Positions 42,001-51,568 of a DNA stretch of 64,000 bases are shown here, in pieces (the stretch's first letter is position 1; the number at the start of each line of letters is the position of its first letter). Origin of the DNA: Trypanosoma brucei (Eukaryota). The stretch is taken from positions 2,144,001 through 2,208,000 of the forward strand of contig CM000207.1 in the NCBI GenBank assembly GCA_000002445.1, read 5' to 3'. A program made the position numbers and the translations under genes. The notes beneath the pieces are model-generated. The model had not been told where the DNA came from, searched no databases, and worked only from the letters and a program-made list of their open reading frames with translations.

Positions 42001-44175
42001 CTCCTTTGAAACGGCCTCATAGGTGTCATGGGGAAAGCGCACCTCCACCCGACATCCGTTGACGCACACCGTAAAACCTGCGGGATGCTGCGTGAAGACA
42101 ACATGGGACCATGTATCAGCCTGAAATGAGACACCAGGTACCTTAACGTTCGTTACCTCTTCGAAAATACGGAACCGAACCACTAAACCACACAACCGGC
42201 CGTTGGCCACGATTACCAGGGTCACTGACACGCCACATTGCGCATATTCACAGCAAAATAGGGGGCTCCCCTCACGCCACACGCACTTCGGGTGCAACCA
42301 CGAGACACAAGTGTAGGTTGAAAAGAGGCTGCCAAAACGGTCCCAATCAAGACTGCACCTTATGCAACTGGCGCCAGAAAAGTACAGCGCACCCCGAGGA
42401 AACGAAGTGCAGCCGAGTACGTGCAGAAACGACTCTACGATGTTAACATCAGCCGCTAACACGCGTTGCGAACACATTTTCCCCACCCCATCCATGAGCC
42501 TCTTCATCACTCTCTCATTTGCATGGAGTGATGTGAGTAGGTTCAGCAGAGCTACAGAGGCTTCAATTGACCGAGCACTCAACGGATGGATCGTGCACGA
42601 CAAGACACTCGGAGACTCCGCACAGGAAAAAACACTCTCCTCATTGCTTGCAATGCATGCCAAGAGAGCGTCAATAACGGGGCCCTCTGCAAGCACCTTG
42701 GCGTTCTGGGGTGCGGCCGTGCAGAGCAACGCAAGTGTGAAAATCACATATCGATAGATGCAATCTGTAATATCTCCTCCTGAGTTCACACAAAGTAGGG
42801 CTTCGGCAACGAGTGAACAGCCATCCCCTGTGAGTACGCAGTCAAACAGCAACGAAGCCAACTGCCAAACACCCGATGACTCGCCCGTCATCAGCGTCTC
42901 CCAAAATGAGGGAAACGATTCAACAGCCCTGCCGGTGGGTCTAACAACCGCCAAATAACTCATGGAAGGAGCCAGAGATGAAAACGTCGCAGCCAGTGAG
43001 GAAGTCTTTGGGTATATCACACTGTCGGCAATGGTACCGTGACATTTAAGGCTTCCAAAGAAAGTCTCCCTGCTGCGGGAGAAACTGTTGGTTGCTGCGA
43101 CCTCGACTAGAACGTCCACGAGCACAAAAACCCACGTTTCCTCACTTCCAATGATAGGACCGGCGGAGCCTCCTGGGTTACTCGTTGGCATTTCCATCTC
43201 AAGACGAAGGTTGTGCAGACTCGATGCTGTTCTGACCCACGCCGCCATGAATTTCTCACGATGTCGACTGCGACACATCGCCTTGCTCTCCGCGCAGCTG
43301 CGTAGTACAACCTTCAGCAGATCGAAATAAGCCAGGCATCCCGTTAACCGTATCCCACGAATATCCTGTTCCCCAGTGGCATCTCCAGCGAGAGCTGAAC
43401 ATGTGCAAATAAGGTCGGACAGGAAGGCATCTCCGTCGCGTTGAAAGAGGGAGACCTCTTCTTGCCTCGCGCCGTATTCACCGCGGGAAATGGCAGCAGC
43501 GAGAACTGAAACCAAATGCACTTGCTGGGGCACAACCGAAAATACTCTTCCTTCCTCACTACACTTCAGCAGAAGCGAACGGGAAGCGGAAACGCCTTCC
43601 CCCAATAGTGCCGCGTTGTATCCCATAACGTCCGCCAACGCTGTGGAGAAGGCCTGCCGCATCTTCTTGCTCAATGGAACGTGAACAAAGAACTTCATCA
43701 TATGCGTTACGATGCCACGCTGAGAAAACACCTTCGCGGCACCTTCACCAATCCTCTGAAGAAGCTCTGACAGCAGTCTGGCGCATCCTATCAATGCCGA
43801 CTCACCAACATCCCTCTGCTTGTCGCCACGTGTACCAGGAGCAGATGGGGTTGACAAAATGTAAGGCGCGTCACCTTGGCGGTGTGCAGGGTGAGAACCG
43901 TTTCCACCATATTCTGCATGCTCAGCGGTCGTTCCACTACAACAGTTAAGCTGCGAAACAAGTTCTTCACTGAAACTTGTCACCCACAAGTCAACCGTAC
44001 GCAGGTCTATGGACGCTTGCCTCCGAAAACAGTCCTCAAGCGTTTCTAAGGTCGAAAAAAGTATTTTTTGTTGAGATTGCGCCCCAAGCTGAGGAAATGA
44101 CATGGCTCGCCGCACTCCGCTGACGGCCTGCCGTGCTAAAAAGAGCAGATCCTCTTTGCTCAGTGACCTCATCAT
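39049..44175 (-). CDS. Very large hypothetical protein, 1708 aa.
   Basis: A 5127-nt uninterrupted ORF on the transcribed strand. Leucine-rich and helical in character. No motif I can name with confidence. Confidence 0.9.
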   Translation of the reverse strand: MMRSLSKEDLLFLARQAVSGVRRAMSFPQLGAQSQQKILFSTLETLEDCFRRQASIDLRTVDLWVTSFSEELVSQLNCCSGTTAEHAEYGGNGSHPAHRQGDAPYILSTPSAPGTRGDKQRDVGESALIGCARLLSELLQRIGEGAAKVFSQRGIVTHMMKFFVHVPLSKKMRQAFSTALADVMGYNAALLGEGVSASRSLLLKCSEEGRVFSVVPQQVHLVSVLAAAISRGEYGARQEEVSLFQRDGDAFLSDLICTCSALAGDATGEQDIRGIRLTGCLAYFDLLKVVLRSCAESKAMCRSRHREKFMAAWVRTASSLHNLRLEMEMPTSNPGGSAGPIIGSEETWVFVLVDVLVEVAATNSFSRSRETFFGSLKCHGTIADSVIYPKTSSLAATFSSLAPSMSYLAVVRPTGRAVESFPSFWETLMTGESSGVWQLASLLFDCVLTGDGCSLVAEALLCVNSGGDITDCIYRYVIFTLALLCTAAPQNAKVLAEGPVIDALLACIASNEESVFSCAESPSVLSCTIHPLSARSIEASVALLNLLTSLHANERVMKRLMDGVGKMCSQRVLAADVNIVESFLHVLGCTSFPRGALYFSGASCIRCSLDWDRFGSLFSTYTCVSWLHPKCVWREGSPLFCCEYAQCGVSVTLVIVANGRLCGLVVRFRIFEEVTNVKVPGVSFQADTWSHVVFTQHPAGFTVCVNGCRVEVRFPHDTYEAVSKEKVVKISLGGVLGVPSFFGFAASMELLDRALTMEEVMKLYDLGPKSLSEAAASCYLPLNVLCGVSFGEDVPIIKVVDEIRQRPQNLSVSNLTTFLPPNMGEIFAHHDVAGWAVRTVAGAGAAAESFPVVARLCVRFLCTTMKLSTIDGGIDRIIDGGVIERLRGALLSWRHMPVDVPALLISCTIPRGGKIMRNHDTTQSILSLMLDLVDRGGLGPHDASCLLRELSDTLLFPENVAIFRLVPGRFERLLNMSVSLPLECVGNLIVLVERLCKEPREIEQVLKFLLIEAVSKTHERVKAVVLHMLFDIARTDTTVCDLIESAFDNTGASFLILLAGGKSHGSEVIRVLALRILSLILHSREDSHKKFINSRGYEVLAAVMAGPEAACVPIGMATFNCLFQMAFGAFLPAASGGLERARQIRTASLGSRRDNLPHEVAGVSTTEKRLHVVGSQGYLPCLIHQPLRMARREYGFGSFCEGSGGDCSQYQLCEVHELSRVRAYSEGVLREPQVIYPLLRLLECLLQNMNNHMEESCEDILDAAVVTGEFTFAVSGQGNVQRGSSFTGIPSSSSVCGERESPAVVALRVLTYIEKIVGCPKSSEMLLTFPWLTLLWDSIQHVMASPTSRSSYTGEGLLASQRPRIFAGIEKRIRRAATRLAIRDLGCNSSAGVVRDIVRGRHPTIFRRIILEDIASHFALNHHGFSNRAEAMNIVQNLDLLFRSIEDILSPPPVPLVLSIVNCINAIAVRNDSWVRMRMREYSRLFETRDHLSYMLLTTTEAFGKLKPVALRQVLEANENRPRTIRILLFHLGNAVTRGDTVEVGVLLLMIWHLNKVDKSNIHALHSIVGEEYARFVDNVCLRMDTTLSRAPVVAEGASAYPCVMREATTNVYSDDAAMALVREVSASVVEWHREDSDRWKVVQQRLVAAPECVGSGSVGSEEDAFGCSSDMTGVNCAVQSSSNWKIEILGHLERIKREVNTRVTESC

Positions 44176-44757
44176 CCGTCAATAGAAAAAGGGAGGGAAA
44201 GAAAGTGACGGTAAGACGCAAGCCACGGGGCGAAGAGGGACCACACTTTCCCCTTTGGGTGTACCTGGTCCTCCCCTTCACTCTCGCTATTAATATATAT
44301 ATAAAGATACCCGCCACTGGAGTGTTCCTTCCCTAGCCCTTCAACCTACTTAACAGGGCACTTTCTAAACCCTTCTCAAGCAAAGAATGTGTTCACAAGA
44401 ATTCAAGCAAAGGGAGTGTAAAGACAAAAAGGAGGGGTTAAGTAACTCTAGCAGGCACATTTTCGGAGGAGACAGAGTAGAGCGGATGTCAAAGATTTTT
44501 TAAAAAGAAAAAAGAAGACAAAAAACAACAATGGCAGCAATGGATGCGTTCAGTACTTTATGTGCCTATCTAGCAATGTGAAAAGGATCAAGGAAAGGGC
44601 TCTAAAATAGTCTAGTGAGTCTCCTAGCGATCTGTCTTTTCTCACTCTTCCTTATCATTCTTCATAATCAGCCCCCATCCATGTCCAGAGGGGCATGGTC
44701 GAAATAATGGCATGGCAGAAAAAACGTGGGATCTATAAAAAATATCGCTCTACCGAA

Positions 44758-46164
44758 CTAAAACATTGCACAGCATGGCGATGACTTGGGACGCCTCTGA
44801 TTAGGCAGTGATGCACACACCATATCAGATCCAGTATACGTTCCCACTGAGCGGCCACTGCCGCGACAAGCTGCACCGTCTTGAGAAGGCATGTTCTCAC
44901 CAGAATGCCGCGCGTTGCTCCGCTGACTGACAACACGGGAGTTCTCAGTGGTCACATCCCTCATCTCCTCTAGGGAGGGAATGGACAGTACCCTCCAACC
45001 GGTATGCGTCTCATTGGTGCGGCCGGTGAAGCCGCTGGATCCCGGGGGCCACTCCTGCGTCCCCTCGGGGCCCCTCGTACTCTCCCTTGCAACTGGAAAT
45101 GCCGAAAAGGCAGCCGTTGTAGAATGCGGGTCCAAGTGCAATGCTCCGACCGGCATTTCAGCGGAACCCTGCTGATATGCATTAGGAGCATAGGGTGATT
45201 CCATTGCGTCCTCCATCGGTGGTGGGGAATAACCCGGATTTGTCGACACAACTTGAGACGGGGGGGATTCGAAATGTGCGACACTTGTTGCTCTTGTGAC
45301 GGCACCGCTCAGACAAGGAGAGGGAGCAGTCGTTTTGGGAGGCGCAATGCCTCGGGACGTCCGCTCCTGACTGCTAACAAGTCCCTCGAGCACACCTGGA
45401 AGGGGTGAAGGCTCCCGCTTCCTCCCCTCAGCAAGTGGTTGACGGGCCTCGCTGACAGCAGAAGTACTGGGACTCCGCGGAGCGGTGGCGTGCGGTGGGG
45501 CCCCTCTTGCCCTCGAACTGTCACCACTCATCTTAGATTCCGCCACAACCGTTTTTCTGCCCTTGTCGGTTGCACCTGATGAACGAGAATGAGGTGGGAA
45601 GTCCTGTCCACTGATCCTCGATGACTCCATAAACCTGGACCTGCCGCTCGACCGCTTGGACGAGACGACTGGATCCACAGGCTCCCCGTCGACGGCCAGG
45701 CACTTCATCAGTAGTTCCTCCAAGTCACGCAGCTTAACGATGTTAGTACCGTGAGGATCCAAAAAGTCTATGATAGCCTCTGCTTCACAAGATGTTAATT
45801 CTGACGCAGCCGAGGTCGCGAGGATTATGCGGAATTCAGTTCGGCTTAGTTCCCCATTGCCCCGAACATCAAAGGCATCCCTGTAGCACTTTATGGTGGC
45901 GTCATCAAGCGCCCTCGTCCCCTCGAGCATAGCACACATCTGAAGAAATAACGGATATGTCACGCGGCCACACCACCCAGTGGTAACGGAAACGACCTGT
46001 TGCAAGTAGTGAGCAGTGGGATAGTAACCCATCTCGTGTGCTGCTGCCATAACAAAGCACGGTGGAATGAAAGCATCGCCATCAGGTGCGACAATATGAA
46101 AGGTGTTGAAAACGTCCCCAGCCATTGCCTTAATCACACCTGATCCCCTCGCTGAGGCGGTCAT
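44758..46164 (-). CDS. EF-hand calcium-binding domain protein with a Ser/Pro-rich disordered C-terminal half, 468 aa. Start moved to MTASARG.
   Basis: ORF 44758..46305, but the first 47 residues (..IVDIYIYIYVFFP) are encoded by a (TA)n intergenic repeat. EF-hand loops are DAFDVRGNGELSRTEF and DFLDPHGTNIVKLRDLEE. The C-terminus is rich in S, P, T and R. Confidence 0.8.
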   Translation of the reverse strand: MTASARGSGVIKAMAGDVFNTFHIVAPDGDAFIPPCFVMAAAHEMGYYPTAHYLQQVVSVTTGWCGRVTYPLFLQMCAMLEGTRALDDATIKCYRDAFDVRGNGELSRTEFRIILATSAASELTSCEAEAIIDFLDPHGTNIVKLRDLEELLMKCLAVDGEPVDPVVSSKRSSGRSRFMESSRISGQDFPPHSRSSGATDKGRKTVVAESKMSGDSSRARGAPPHATAPRSPSTSAVSEARQPLAEGRKREPSPLPGVLEGLVSSQERTSRGIAPPKTTAPSPCLSGAVTRATSVAHFESPPSQVVSTNPGYSPPPMEDAMESPYAPNAYQQGSAEMPVGALHLDPHSTTAAFSAFPVARESTRGPEGTQEWPPGSSGFTGRTNETHTGWRVLSIPSLEEMRDVTTENSRVVSQRSNARHSGENMPSQDGAACRGSGRSVGTYTGSDMVCASLPNQRRPKSSPCCAMF

Positions 46165-46230
46165 TGGGAAGAATACGTAGATATATATATATATGTCAAC
46201 TATACACAATAATAAGTGTTCAACGAGCCG

Positions 46231-46262
46231 AAGAAAAAAAAAGAAAAGAAAAGGGAAAGAAG
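46231..46262 (-). promoter_or_regulatory. Polypyrimidine tract upstream of the EF-hand protein gene.
   Basis: Plus strand gaagaaaaaaaaagaaaagaaaagggaaagaag is polyY on the minus strand, about 70-100 nt upstream of the ATG at 46164. Confidence 0.45.
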
Positions 46263-46410
46263 CTATGCAAGAGCCTCCTGCTTCAGCGCGGCCATCCGCA
46301 TTCAAGACACTTCACCAGAGCAAAGAAATACACGGGTCAGCTGGAAAAAAAAGGATAAACAATAAGACTAATAAGAATAAACAATGTATCTATCGGGTGT
46401 CGCAACATCC

Positions 46411-48393
46411 TCATAGAAGCTCACGGTGTCTGGCAATTTGCTCGTCTCTCAACCTAATTGCCTCCTGCAGTACGCTAATCTGCTCCGTTTGTGCTCTTAG
46501 AGTGTTATCCTTCGTAGCAAGCGCCACAAGCACTCGCTCGTTAATGCTCGTCAATTCAGCATTATGCTTTTGTTCTATGCTTCGTTGCTCTAAAGCGGCT
46601 GCGTTCTTCACAGCCTGGAGCTCTATGGTGACTTTCTCCAGCTCATGCTGCATGGCACCCACTTCCTCCACGTGTTTGATCTCAAACTGACGCAGTTTTC
46701 GCTGCCACTCCGAATCTAGCACATGCATCCTTGCCTCATCCTCAGCTCGTACTTTCTCCTGTATCTCCTTCACTCGCTGATTTGTTAAGTCCGAGGTTTC
46801 GCGCAAACGTGACATTTCTTCCTCCTTCCGTCCAATTTCCTCTACAACACTCCTCAAATTGCCCTGCAGCAGCTCGACTTCCGCCCGAAGCCGTTCATTT
46901 TCGCGACCCATCTGCGCACAGCGGTCGCGGAGGACGCTGTCGGCCCCATGTGATTCCATCAGGGTCTGTAGATGTTGCTGCTCTGCGCGACGGGTAACCT
47001 CTGCAACAGCGGCATCACGCTCCGCCTCGAATTTATGCCGTAACTCTTCCTCGCGAGCGGCCAAGTACTGCACATTGTACGCCTTCGTCTCTTGCTCCCG
47101 TCGGCTGAACTCCAGCATAAGTTTCTCTTTGAGGTCAGAAACAATCTGGTTCGAGTTGGCCGTAATGTTCGCTACCTCCCGGGCTACCTCATCATGTATT
47201 TTTGCCTTTTCCGTTGCAGCGGCTTCACGTAAAGTGAACACCTCTTTTTGCAGCTGTGAAATTTCGCGCTGCATCGTATTCTTCCGGTCTTCTGCAAATA
47301 TCTCCAAATCGTCGTGCTTCTGCTTAGCGAGGCGCCGCTCCTCCTCCAACTGGCGATTCACGCGGTCCATCTCCTCCTTGAGTCGATCCCGGAACTCCTG
47401 TTGCTCTCGAGCCCGAGTTGCAGATGCCTCACGCTCCAACCGCGCCCTGGACTCTTCGAGTGTCGCCTCCTTTGCCGCAATAACCTCATCCCGCTGTCGT
47501 AGTTCGTTCTCGAACTCTTCCCGCATACGCGCCTTTTCCGCCTTGTGCCTGTTCAACAACAACACGATATCAGGCTCTAACGACTGGAGGGTGTTCTCCT
47601 TTATGCGTTTCGCCTCGGCTATCCTCCACTTCTCGCGAGCAGCCTTCTCCTGAGCTTGCCACCGGGTCTTAAGTTGCGCTATGGCGGTCGCGTTCGCAGA
47701 CTCAAGTCTGGCGATCTCCTCCTCCCGCCGAGACATCTCTTGCCGTAGTTGAGACGTAACAGACTCCACTGCCTGGGTCAACTGCGACCTTTCGCGCTGA
47801 AACTCTTGCACCACGCGTTCGTAGTTGCGCTCCGTCTCCCGTAGCTTCTTGCGGAGCCCTTCCAGCTCGTTGCGAGCCGCGGCTTCCTGGCTTCCAAGAC
47901 GCTCCGCTTCCCTCTCCCGCGCCATCTTGACTCGCTCCTTCAGTTCTTCGTTTTCAGCCCTCAGCTCATCATTGCTGAACTGTAAGGCAGATATTTTAGC
48001 CTTGATACCGTGGTAAACATCGCTGCGAACGTCGGGTCCACACCCTATTATGTGCGACGTAAGACATGAAGCCGAACCGCCAAACGGTGGTAACTGCGTA
48101 GAAGGCTGTAGTAGGGCAGCCGACGGTGCCAACGCCACACCACCATCCGAAATATTTGCTGGCATGTATACGTCACGGCACGCTGAAGGGCCAAATGATG
48201 CGGGAAACGGGGGTCTCGTAGAAACAACGTCATCTAGGTATGAAAGAATGTTCGACACCTTTGCCTCGTTAAGCTCCCTGAGGTCGGAAAAAACACTACT
48301 AGTCGCGGTTCCTCCACCCCCTGCCGTCAACCCCAACCCACCAGTTCCTGACATATGTCCAACTGGAACCCTCAATCCCTCACACACATCCAT
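46411..48393 (-). CDS. Long coiled-coil protein, 660 aa.
   Basis: The N-terminal ~130 aa are Gly/Ser/Pro-rich. They are followed by about 500 aa of continuous heptad-like charged sequence (..ELKERVKMAREREAERLGSQEAAARNELEGLRKKLRETERNYERVVQEFQRERSQL..). The antisense strand gives a spurious 264-aa Ser/Arg-rich ORF. Confidence 0.8.
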   Translation of the reverse strand: MDVCEGLRVPVGHMSGTGGLGLTAGGGGTATSSVFSDLRELNEAKVSNILSYLDDVVSTRPPFPASFGPSACRDVYMPANISDGGVALAPSAALLQPSTQLPPFGGSASCLTSHIIGCGPDVRSDVYHGIKAKISALQFSNDELRAENEELKERVKMAREREAERLGSQEAAARNELEGLRKKLRETERNYERVVQEFQRERSQLTQAVESVTSQLRQEMSRREEEIARLESANATAIAQLKTRWQAQEKAAREKWRIAEAKRIKENTLQSLEPDIVLLLNRHKAEKARMREEFENELRQRDEVIAAKEATLEESRARLEREASATRAREQQEFRDRLKEEMDRVNRQLEEERRLAKQKHDDLEIFAEDRKNTMQREISQLQKEVFTLREAAATEKAKIHDEVAREVANITANSNQIVSDLKEKLMLEFSRREQETKAYNVQYLAAREEELRHKFEAERDAAVAEVTRRAEQQHLQTLMESHGADSVLRDRCAQMGRENERLRAEVELLQGNLRSVVEEIGRKEEEMSRLRETSDLTNQRVKEIQEKVRAEDEARMHVLDSEWQRKLRQFEIKHVEEVGAMQHELEKVTIELQAVKNAAALEQRSIEQKHNAELTSINERVLVALATKDNTLRAQTEQISVLQEAIRLRDEQIARHRELL

Positions 48394-48770
48394 GCCAAAC
48401 TACGCCGTCTTCCTCAAATGAAACCTACAAGGTTTGTTCAGGTGGTCGCCACCGACACCGCACAGCTGCTGCCGCTGGATTTCGTTTCCTTCCTTCCCTT
48501 TACCGTCAGGCAGATGAACCAAGGAAAGAAAATAGATCAAGTCGCGCAATGGAAAATCAGTTTAGAGAAAAATGAAGAACAACAATACCGAAATCAGTGA
48601 GTGGAAAAGCACGGGAGCAAGAGAACAATGACGAGCATTAGGTTCCGTGTAGAAAAAGCGACGCAAAAGCACGGGAAAAAAGCATATCAAAGAAACAACA
48701 ACAGCAATGACGAAAACTAAGAAAAAAAGCAAACATAAGGTTTGGTGGTGCCCAGATAAATAAGTGAAAC

Positions 48771-51137
48771 TCACGCACGGCGGGACTTCGTCATTAAGGA
48801 AACCAACGAAGAAATCTTGGAGACGTGCCGCACGGTCGGTCGCCCGTGTGGACAGTTCCACGGCTGTTCCAGCTCACCCATTCGGTCCACGACTGACCGC
48901 ATTTTCTTCTCACTAAGCATCGTTCCAACCATAATGCTAGAACGGCATGCCTTAGTTGCCATTGAGTGCCACACACATCGCATCGGTTTACTGATCGTAT
49001 TGTAATGCACTAACTGCCTAATCAGCTCTACGACGTTCTGCGGGTCCACAACCTCGTAAGGAATCACAGGCACTGATAGCACCAGCAACTTATTGGTGTC
49101 GTCACTCCGCTGCACGATGAAGCCGTGTTGCCGCAGTTCTTCAGCATGATCAACAGCCAAATCCACAGCCTGGGGCTCCATCGACACAGGTACTGGAGAA
49201 AAGAGGGGTTGTGGCCTGGCTACATAATGACTCATTAGATGTTCATAGTTGCCTTTCTCATCGGCAGCGTGCTGGTCGATCACAAAGATGTTGTCGTCCA
49301 GTGAAGTTACAATGAAGCCATGGTTGAACTGACCATGTACAACCATATTTTTGAACGACTCCTTCCCCAAATACAACGTGAGCTCCTCCTCGGTTTGTTT
49401 CTGAAGCCTCGAAAACTTTCGAACACCTCCCCCATCGGAAGGTTGGGACGGAGCCGCCCATTCTCCAAGGGAGTGAACCAGTGGCATCTCAGCCAAAACT
49501 GAAAATGGAGGAAACCTCACAGAAGAGCGAGGGGGACCGGGTCGCTGTTGATTCGTATCGTCGGTAACGTAATTCACAACTGCATCATCAGTCCCCATCA
49601 TCTCTTCCGGTCCGAGCTCCCGGGGATCTTCTTCACCCCAGCTGCTACCATCAGTGTCACCGGTATTTCCTTCTTCCGCTGAGGACTCCAACCGCTGCCT
49701 CTTCTGGGTTGGCTCAAAGGTCAAGGGATACTCCAAGACTGATTCAACAGAACCTGCAGAACGCTCCGATGGTGCACGGTTGGTGGTGCTGGTTGGGGAA
49801 GCGGTAGCATCAGGGGAGGATGTCCGTCCAATAGGCGAGCTTCCAGACAACAGTTGACTTAAGCAAACGGAGGGCTGCACCTGCGCCACCGCAGCATTGT
49901 CAATAAGGTTGTCTCCCTGCGATGTTTCCCGCCGCTGATAGATGAACTGTGCAATAGATGTAGCAGAAAGAGGCGTTTGTGTAGGCATTGTCTCCTGTGT
50001 GTTCCTGCGCTCCGGTACGTGTCTCCATCCGCCTTCGTTGCGCACGGGCAGATCTATTCCGTCAGTTGATGCCTGGAACGTTCGAAGACCGCATGTACGA
50101 ACCTCCCCAGCATGTCTCTCCTCATCCGAAATGAGAACTTTGCGTTTGTCAGGAACTAAATTCACATCGTAGGGAAGTGACTCACCAGAGCTGACATGCA
50201 GGAAGAAGGCAGGAAATGTGCGCTGCGCGGCGTTTGGCAGGGATTCGGCGTAGGCATCGTTAACCGCCTTGGCCATCATGGGGAGGTCAACAAGCCTCCC
50301 ATCCAGTGCAAACACTTGCATATCGGAGGAAAGTCTGCCGGCATTCCCCTTCGAAACATAACCCGTAATTGTCCCAAAAGTCAGTTCCCACTCCACACGC
50401 TCCATGTTGGCGATAACACGTCCACCGTACGCCTCAGCAAGGGCTCGCTGGGGGTCGCCCGTCCCCGTCAACGACACCAGAGTAACGGGGGCACTGTCAG
50501 GTCCCGCACGATGGGTCATCAACAAGCGCACGTGGGGGTGTGAAAGGGCGTACTGCTTCATCAGTAGGGTAGCGGCGAGAAGCTGCTTCTTCCTACCCCG
50601 TACGAAATCCTTGTGACGCACCGGAAGAGCCGCAAAGAGTTTGCTAACGACAACGGTTGTGCCTACGTCCCTCCGTTCACTCGTTACCTTTACAGTCGTA
50701 CGGCGGGAATTACTGTCGTACGCGATCAGTAGTGCAGTAGGTCGGGTTGATTCTGACATTGTGCATATGGACAACTCGCTAAGGTGAGCCAAAGAGTGGA
50801 GCGCTTCGCCACGAAAACCCAGTGTTTGCGCCGCCTGCGACGAAAGACCACTGTCGCCCCCCCTTCGTTTTGTTGTCGCCCTCGAGGCTAGCAGGGGCAG
50901 GGAAGCATCCTCTTTCAGTCGGCCCTCGCTGTCTAGCAGATAAGATAAGTCCATGCCACTTCCATCATCTTCCACGGTAATATTTCCAGCGCCGCTATCC
51001 TCCACACGTATTGCAACGGTACGGGCACCGGCATCTAGGCTATTCTCTACCAACTCTTTCACGACGCTGGAAAGATTCGTAATTACCTGCCCTGCACTCA
51101 ACTTGCGCGAACTTCCCTCGTCCAAAAGGGTAATCAT
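48771..51137 (-). CDS. PMS1: DNA mismatch repair protein of the MutL family, PMS1/PMS2-type, 788 aa.
   Basis: N-terminal GHKL ATPase motifs KELVENSLDAGA and VEDDGSGM. The MutL transducer region is present. The C-terminal endonuclease motif DQHAADEKGNYE matches DQHA-x2-E-x4-E, and a ..CPHGRPT.. motif lies near the C-terminus. Confidence 0.95.
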   Translation of the reverse strand: MITLLDEGSSRKLSAGQVITNLSSVVKELVENSLDAGARTVAIRVEDSGAGNITVEDDGSGMDLSYLLDSEGRLKEDASLPLLASRATTKRRGGDSGLSSQAAQTLGFRGEALHSLAHLSELSICTMSESTRPTALLIAYDSNSRRTTVKVTSERRDVGTTVVVSKLFAALPVRHKDFVRGRKKQLLAATLLMKQYALSHPHVRLLMTHRAGPDSAPVTLVSLTGTGDPQRALAEAYGGRVIANMERVEWELTFGTITGYVSKGNAGRLSSDMQVFALDGRLVDLPMMAKAVNDAYAESLPNAAQRTFPAFFLHVSSGESLPYDVNLVPDKRKVLISDEERHAGEVRTCGLRTFQASTDGIDLPVRNEGGWRHVPERRNTQETMPTQTPLSATSIAQFIYQRRETSQGDNLIDNAAVAQVQPSVCLSQLLSGSSPIGRTSSPDATASPTSTTNRAPSERSAGSVESVLEYPLTFEPTQKRQRLESSAEEGNTGDTDGSSWGEEDPRELGPEEMMGTDDAVVNYVTDDTNQQRPGPPRSSVRFPPFSVLAEMPLVHSLGEWAAPSQPSDGGGVRKFSRLQKQTEEELTLYLGKESFKNMVVHGQFNHGFIVTSLDDNIFVIDQHAADEKGNYEHLMSHYVARPQPLFSPVPVSMEPQAVDLAVDHAEELRQHGFIVQRSDDTNKLLVLSVPVIPYEVVDPQNVVELIRQLVHYNTISKPMRCVWHSMATKACRSSIMVGTMLSEKKMRSVVDRMGELEQPWNCPHGRPTVRHVSKISSLVSLMTKSRRA

Positions 51138-51287
51138 GCCCCTTGCTTACCTCTTTCTTCACAACCTTCTCCCCCCACTATGGGCGTTGCTCTATCTTCA
51201 AATTTATACGCTGTTTCAATTCCGCAAGGAGGAAATTGAAGTCTTTGGTGTCTCAGGATCATAGAAAGGTTTCTCCGACTGAGTGGC

Positions 51288-51345
51288 GGAAGAAATAGAA
51301 AGCTTGGAGGAAAGGAAAGAAAGATCAGGGGGAAACGAAAATAAA
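51288..51345 (-). promoter_or_regulatory. Polypyrimidine tract upstream of PMS1 and downstream of RPL26. Candidate joint polyadenylation and trans-splicing signal.
   Basis: Plus strand ggaagaaatagaaagcttggaggaaaggaaagaaagatcagggggaaacgaaaataaa is pyrimidine-rich on the minus strand. It sits between the RPL26 stop at 51569 and the PMS1 ATG at 51137. Confidence 0.4.
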
Positions 51346-51568
51346 TGTTTGATCCTCTTTCTCAAACCGAGACCAGGGTTCGGCAACAAGCGCGCAATGG
51401 TGCACGTGTGGGGGGGGGCAGCAGTGTGGCTCCACATCGAGTCGTAAAAAGAGACGTTAGCACAGAAAAATGAAGAATAAACGTCAGAAATATCACGAGG
51501 TGTTCCTAAGTGAAACAGCAGGTAAAGAAGTCGGTAAACCTCGGTGGCTCCGTAGACCCCCGTCTTCT

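Noticed and set aside
46859-47653. 264-aa plus-strand ORF (Ser/Arg/Cys-rich) and several other plus-strand ORFs overlapping the coiled-coil gene.
   Set aside because: It is antisense to a strongly supported coiled-coil CDS. Its composition (S, R, A and C runs) is what the reverse complement of GAG, AAG and CTC-rich heptad codons produces. No motif, and the wrong strand for this transcription unit.
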